The notes under the pieces are model-generated. The model was not told the origin of the DNA, ran no database searches, and was given only the letters and a program-made list of their open reading frames with translations. Shown here piece by piece: positions 33,169 through 44,392 of a DNA stretch of 44,392 nucleotides; position 1 is the first letter of the stretch, and the number at the start of each line of letters is the position of its first letter. The stretch comes from Macrostomum lignano. Taxonomy: Eukaryota. Both the position numbers and the translations under genes were made by a program. The stretch lies in assembly GCA_002269645.1 (NCBI GenBank), contig NIVC01003072.1, positions 1 to 44,392 of the forward strand. The letters run 5' to 3'.

Positions 33169-35089
33169 GATAGGGAAAGGCAGGCCGTTTAAACAAGCTA
33201 AAATGACTCGGCCCGGTTGTGTCCGCTTTCGACCCACGAAAAAGTGAGCCTTCTCTTCCAGTTAGTTATCTAGAATTCTATGGACAGACACTACACTGTA
33301 GAGATAAACAGACAAGATAGTGAGGGAGCGATCGCGCAAGAAGAAAGTTAGAAAAGTTGGCAACTGAGCATGAGTAGTTTATATAAGCAAAAAGTAAGGC
33401 AACGTCCAAAGCATGGGGGAAAGATTAGCCAACAAGGGGGCCATACAATGGTTAAAGGAGAAATTACACAGAAAATATATAATGAACCGCTTAATTCCAA
33501 CTAATGAAAAGGCTGTTAGCCAACGATGGGAAACTGAATAGCAACGGTGGGTCCACACACGGGGCCAACAAGAGGAGGGGTGATGTCATATAACAATGGT
33601 TGGCCGCACGGGTTGGTATTCACGAGGAAAATACGGGCGCGCATTTAAAATAAAAAATTATTTAAAAAAATTATTAAATGGTGGCAACCCCACTGCCACT
33701 TTTTTAAGTGCGGAAGTTTCCTAGAAGCTACTTTTCGTTAGAACAAAACTATTATAATAACATTTTTATTTAGTTTTAGATTTTCTTTAAAGTATGCCAA
33801 AACCAAAAAAAATTATTACATTTTTAAGCTACTTTGTTTTAGAATATTTTAGGCTTACTCTTAATTTGCACTTGCGAAAAAGCATGAGCACGGCGGTAAG
33901 ATCAATATAGAACACAACGGCCAATGGATCTTCAATATATACACCCCTTAAGTTCAAAGGGCGTATCAAGGACAAGTCAAGTAGAAGGATTTGAAGCGAC
34001 GTTTCTTGTAAGTTTTTAAGAGGCAAGGTTTTTATCGAAAAATACATGTTACATGTATGTTACGGAGCATCATAGAATCCTAATTTTCTAAACGAAAAGC
34101 TTTACTATGAATATCAATAGATCGAGCTACCTAAGAAAGGCAAGACATGAACCATTGGGTCTCGATCCCTTCTATCAAAAGCAATAACACTTTTGTGCTG
34201 AAAAAATCAAACCAGCTCATAATATATTTTTGGTAAACCGGCCTCCTAATTTTTCATAGAAACGTAGCTTCCCGTCCTTCTACTTGAGTAGTCCAATTGT
34301 ACTGAAACGTGTGTACACGACGAATTTAGCTTTACTGCACAAGATTGGAAGAAACAATTTGGTAATATAATTGTTCTTAAGATTTACTAGCGCTTAAAGT
34401 ACAAAGTTCTGAGCTGTTATTAGAGACCAAACACAAGTAGATCGTTTTTTTAAGGTGTATATTTAGTGCTTATAGCGCATGTTAACTTTTGGTGTACAAG
34501 CGTCAATTTTTTATTAATTGCCAGCTTAAACTTTAAGATCAATGAGCTACAGCTACAGCTGCTGCTTCCACTGTAGTCTAAAGGACTTCATCAAGTACCG
34601 CGCAGCAATTGCATGGTAACAACTAAAACAAACCGTATTTAATGTAAAAAATATATGTGTAGCTACTCGTGTAAGCTGTTACAATTTCGCGTTCACATAG
34701 TGTTTACATGCAAATGGATTATTTATATATATATATGCATTTATAGTGCAGATGTTCAGAAGTTATATTCAAAGTCAGGCATGAAGTCAACAGCCTTAAA
34801 AAGTCAACACTGCAAGCTCATATGTGATCAAAAAAAGAGTTGGAATTGTATCTTAATCTTACATTTACAGATAAGCTAAACGCCTCATGTTAGGACGTTC
34901 AACAAAAGCCGAGAACTATATATAAATTCCATTGCAAATAAAAATCAAGATGTTAGATAGAAGCATTCATCAAAACCATTTGGTCAAGGCTAAGCGCAGC
35001 TGCCTATTGTGCTCGAACGTTTCTAAGAAGTAAAACATTAAAACAAAGCAGTAGTTTGCACATTTTTCAAATTTTTTGTAATTCCATTT

Positions 35090-40524
<5,435 letters not shown>

Positions 40525-41443
40525 TGTTTGCTAGAAGGAAGGGGTCAAATGACTTCATTAGTGAGAGGCAGATTCAGGGACTGAGGGAGAGCGTAGAGCC
40601 AGATTCAGAGACTGAGGTGAGAGCGGATAGGCAGATTCAGTGACATAAGAAATCTTAGCTCGTACAAAATGAGTTAAAAACTACCTGCAATTAACGACCG
40701 GATGTTAAAAAACTTCGCAGGAACTTATTCTAGCAACGGAGGTTTCTGGATCTTAAAGCTAGATTTATAAATTTCTGTATGTTTGTATTGCGTCGTTAAT
40801 ACGTTTTTACAACGCTTGCAGACGAAAAATACATACACGAGCTGAAACGAGTTTTGGAACAGAAAGAAAAAACAGACAGGCAGAGGGAGGAACAATTCGC
40901 ATTCAAGTTTGAGTAGCGTTAAAATAGTTCTACCTTAAAGCCTGGCCGCGTGTTTACTCAAGTGTTTTCTTCATTCCCTTGAGCCATTGTCCTGAAAAAT
41001 TTCAGTGCACAAAGCGTGGATTTCTATTCAGGCAGAATTCTACTGACCAGTGCAGGCAGAGGAGAAGCAAGAGATGCCTGCGTACATGTCGATGGCTTGC
41101 TTTGGCCCTGCAGACCCAATGCCCCTCCCAAGCTCAGGTGAGACTATTACTCGTATTTCGTCAGCCAACAACACGTGACTGGGTATGCTCGGACGCCCTA
41201 TTTTTGTCCAAGTATAGCTTGCTACATCTAGATGTTGCTCTTGGGGAGTGTCGACACTTTTTTCATGTAATCTCAAGAATACATAAGACAAGAAGTTACA
41301 TAGGAAACGTTGTCTATCCCATGATGGGCCATGATGTATCGTTTATTGAAATTTACACAATTGCACCTTTTATTACGTTCAAGTTCAAACACTTTTAAAT
41401 ACTGTAAAAACTAAAAAAAAACTTTCAAAGATAAGAGTATGCA

Positions 41444-42090
41444 GTGAAGACCACTAGAAGCTACCATTCAATCTTTTGTATCTTGTACTGTTCCGCCTTG
41501 CACTGCCTGTCCGATGCTGCCGCATTCCGCATCTCCAAGGCATTCACGGAACAGCACTGCAGCATGCAGGCGACCGATGCGTTTCCATCCGGCATTCTCG
41601 TTGCCCAGTTCGAGCCGGCCGCTCTCCGCTGCAGTCTCTTCCGCTACCAGTCCGTGTGTCGCGACCTGTCTCTGGCGGTGCGAGCAGCGACTGCCGAGTG
41701 CTCATCCGATTTCCGATCAAATATCCGGCTCAGCTCAACCCGAAGCTCACAAACGTGTGGCTCGGAGACGACATGTCTGCATTTGAGAATGTCGTGTGCC
41801 AGGCTGACGAAGAAACCAACCGAATTTATCCGATCGGAGTCCAGTGGACAGAGGAGGGCGCCGCGTTCGATGGGAGCAGCTCGTTTCTGGCCATGAACAA
41901 GAGCGACATCGGGTTCGGCACAGGCGTCACGGTGCTGCTCAGGATGAAGCGGCAGCCGCAGGTGCAGATCTTCTTCAATTTTCTAAACTGCTTTGACTTC
42001 GAAACTGGAATTATCCACCACTTTATCTAGGAGCACGGATGTTCAAAGCCAAAGCTGGTGCCGCTCCCTGACCCTGACGCTTTTCGGTCA
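41444..42090 (+). pseudogene. Probable secreted LamG/concanavalin-A-like domain gene, frameshifted (pseudogene or assembly errors)
   Basis: One frame gives a hydrophobic signal-like stretch and a Cys-containing region. A second frame gives WLGDDMSAFENVV...GVQWTEEGAAFDGSSSFL...VTVLLRMK, a LamG_3-like N-terminal pattern. A third piece gives PPLYLGARMFK. No continuous ORF. Confidence 0.5.
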
Positions 42091-42904
42091 GGCATCGGAT
42101 CTATGTAACTAATGAAGACGTCGACTTACTCAGAAAACAGTACTATACGAAGATATCAGAGAGCTAATGATAATAGCTCGTATCCAGCGTTTATAGACCG
42201 ACAAGTGAATAATTAATTTGCCAAATTTAGCAGATTACTTTTTTTCAATATCTGACAGATCCTCCATTTCGAAGCGTTCTCACTAAAAACTGATCGCACA
42301 GGGCAAAAGACGGAGCCAACTAGGCAAAATTTAGTTGGCTCCGTCTGCATCGGTGTCAAATATCAGAGTTTGCAGCTGCCAAGGCAAATGTTTACATGGC
42401 GCAGCAACCTTTAATGCCGGACAAGTAAGGGAAGCTGCTACATGTAGATTTCTTATTTGAGTTGCACAACCGGATTTTAATTTCGTTGAATTCATGAAGC
42501 CTAATCATAGGCTTAGATTTGGAACAAATGACTCTAGTAGAAATTTGCGAAAATCTCTCTACATTTCTGGATAAAGTTCCATGGTTGTCAACTGCAGTGT
42601 CCGGATCAGGTTCTAGCGAGTAAATTTAGAGTGTGGAAGCTAGCATCCCCTGTTTCCAATCATAAAATAAAACATTATTCTATAAGGCATTTCCGACCAG
42701 TCCTCAATGCAGCTTAGCGGAAGGTCGCAGTTCGAGTCTGCATGGAAGCAGAGAATTTATCTGAATTAAAAGTACGTATATTATATTTACCTTATAATAT
42801 TATACTGACGAAATTACAGATTTTTTAATATTTAGGTTAAATGAAATTTTTGCTAGAGCTGTGTTAATCTTCTAGAGCAGTGCTTATCTGTGGTTGGGGA
42901 CAAG

Positions 42905-43160
42905 TGTTAACCTGGGGAAGTAGTGCTAATCTGTGGGAAGTAGTGCTAATCTGTGAGGAGTAGTGCTAATCTGTGAGGAGTAGTGGTAATCTGTGGGAAG
43001 TAGTGCTAATCTGTGAGGAGTAGTGCTAATCTGTGAGGAATAGTGCTAATCTGTGGGAAGTAGTGCTAATCTGTGAGGAGTAGTGGTAATCTGTGGGAAG
43101 TAGTGCTAATCTGTGGGGAGTAGTGGTAATCTGTGGGAAGTAGTACTAATCTGTGGGGAG
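42905..43160. repeat. 20-bp minisatellite (TAGTGCTAATCTGTG(GGAAG/AGGAG))
   Basis: Tandem periodicity. Confidence 0.95.
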
Positions 43161-43387
43161 TTAGGGAGTCGCTAATACTAATGCGACAATGGAATTTTTC
43201 AATGGAAATTAATAAATTATAAAAAAGCTACTAAACTAAATTTAGGCAAACCGTACACAAGCAAGGAATAAGTTTGAACTTTTTCTCATCTACTCTAGCA
43301 TAAGAAAATAATATAGTCTATCTCTCACATCAGAGACTAAGGCGAATTAATTTATAAGAGTTTCAATTTAAAAGTAAATTCTGAGTT

Positions 43388-43749
43388 TCACTGGATATTG
43401 TTGTAAAATTCGTGAATCTCGCTCTCAGAAATGGTGACGTTGCTCATGGCGATGGCCCGCACAGTGCCTTTGAACATTCGAGCGTCATTCAGTCGCTTGC
43501 CGAACCTGAAGCAGTTCTGAGGCAGCAAGATGAAGCTGACACTAGTAGTCGAACCCAAGGAGGACGTCGGCAAGAAGGCGTCGTTTACGAACTCTCCCCA
43601 CGAGTCAGCCGCTGGAGTCGATGTGAAGCCGATGTTCACCCACTCGTTGGCGTTCGAAGTCAGCAGAGTTGTCGAGGTTGTATAGCGTCTGGGAGCGGAA
43701 CCAGCTTCTGTTTTGATCACGAAAAGAAGTTTAGAAGCAGCGTTATGCT
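43388..43749 (-). CDS. Terminal exon of a LamG/concanavalin-A-like domain gene (5' part unresolved)
   Basis: KLLFVIKT...NEWVNIGFT...EFVND...FRFGKR...RMFKGTVRAIAMSNVTISESEIHEFY* fits the LamG_3 C-terminal pattern (W.hv..T...lyvnG...l.iG...F.G.i.ev.iy..aLs.eeI..ly). Candidate acceptor TCTAAG near 43750. Confidence 0.6.
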
Positions 43750-44392
43750 CTTAGACACAGCAAGCCTATCCCCTGATGCTGGCGTCTCAGTTGTGTGACT
43801 GCAGCCGCTTGCAGTGGCTCTCATCTACCACTTCGCTTGAATTTTTAAATAGGATTTGCAGACACTGCAAAGAAGTTGAGTTCTAAGGTTTTCTACTGAA
43901 TTATCCGCCGCTGCTGGAAGAAGTGGCTATGGAGAGACAGAAAAGGTACGAGTAAAAATTCCATGCAGAGTTTTGAGGAAGAATTCATCTTCGTATAGAT
44001 AAAGTTAAATGTCTCCGATGTAATTGTCAACATGGTTTTTACTTGAGTCTTCTCAAGATTGCGTATTATTTTACGAAGCATCATTAACGTGGCTTAGGCC
44101 CACTCGGCAATGCTTTGATCTACGCTAAATTGCAGATATAACGATGAAAAAGCAACAGAAGAGTTGCAGAAGACTTCAGACCAGGGACCACAAAATACCA
44201 GTGCGATAGTGCATTGAGACAAGACGTACATGCATGTAGTTGGATATTCAAGCAAAGCACTGCAAGAAGTGCAATTAGAAGCAAAAGGCGAAGGAACAAA
44301 AGACATTTAGAAACCATATTCAGAGATAGGACGTTTGCATCATTAACCGGCCGAGGTAACACATACAGCATCAAACAGACCCGTCACCATGA

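Larger units (their letters stand above)
31311..33282. mobile_element. Non-autonomous TIR element (1972 bp), P-superfamily-like termini
   Basis: Termini CATAGAATTCTAGATAACTAACTGGAAG...GCGGACACAACCGGGCCGAGT and its inverted match at 33206-33282; 7-bp TSD GACAGAC (31304-31310 and 33283-33289). CANRG termini with a 7-8 bp TSD are typical of P elements. No transposase visible. Confidence 0.85.

Noticed and set aside
30930-33600. Possible solo LTR hosting the P-like element (TGTTATATGACATC... on the minus strand near 33594)
   Set aside because: No second LTR, PBS, polypurine tract or TSD could be confirmed.
40979-41398. ORFs 40979..41398 (+) and 41040..41291 (-)
   Set aside because: No motif, homology or splice support.

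Overview
Eukaryotic (metazoan) genomic DNA with spliced genes, GT-AG introns and many intronic minisatellites. No prokaryotic features or CRISPR arrays. The source is probably the flatworm Macrostomum lignano or a relative; this is inferred from the genome architecture and from a LINE RT fragment that resembles a repeat I recall from that species. Gene order: 3' end of a calmodulin-like gene (+); three-exon CFAP90/C5orf49 (-), head-to-head with a 19-exon gene model (+, 3862..17795); beta-TrCP (-); a transposon-rich interval (maT-like Tc1/mariner broken by a hAT-type MITE, P-like element carrying a LINE fragment); a divergent SLC1 transporter (-); two convergent LamG-like genes. Main result: manual splicing joins an N-terminal CARD, an APPBP2-like TPR (putative CRL2 substrate receptor) region and four tandem Rab-like GTPase domains into one protein of about 1,800 aa. 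All 18 introns are GT-AG and phase-compatible, and the model needs one single-base correction in a G homopolymer. I know of no described protein with this architecture. All homology calls are from remembered sequences and motifs, not searches, and need confirmation.
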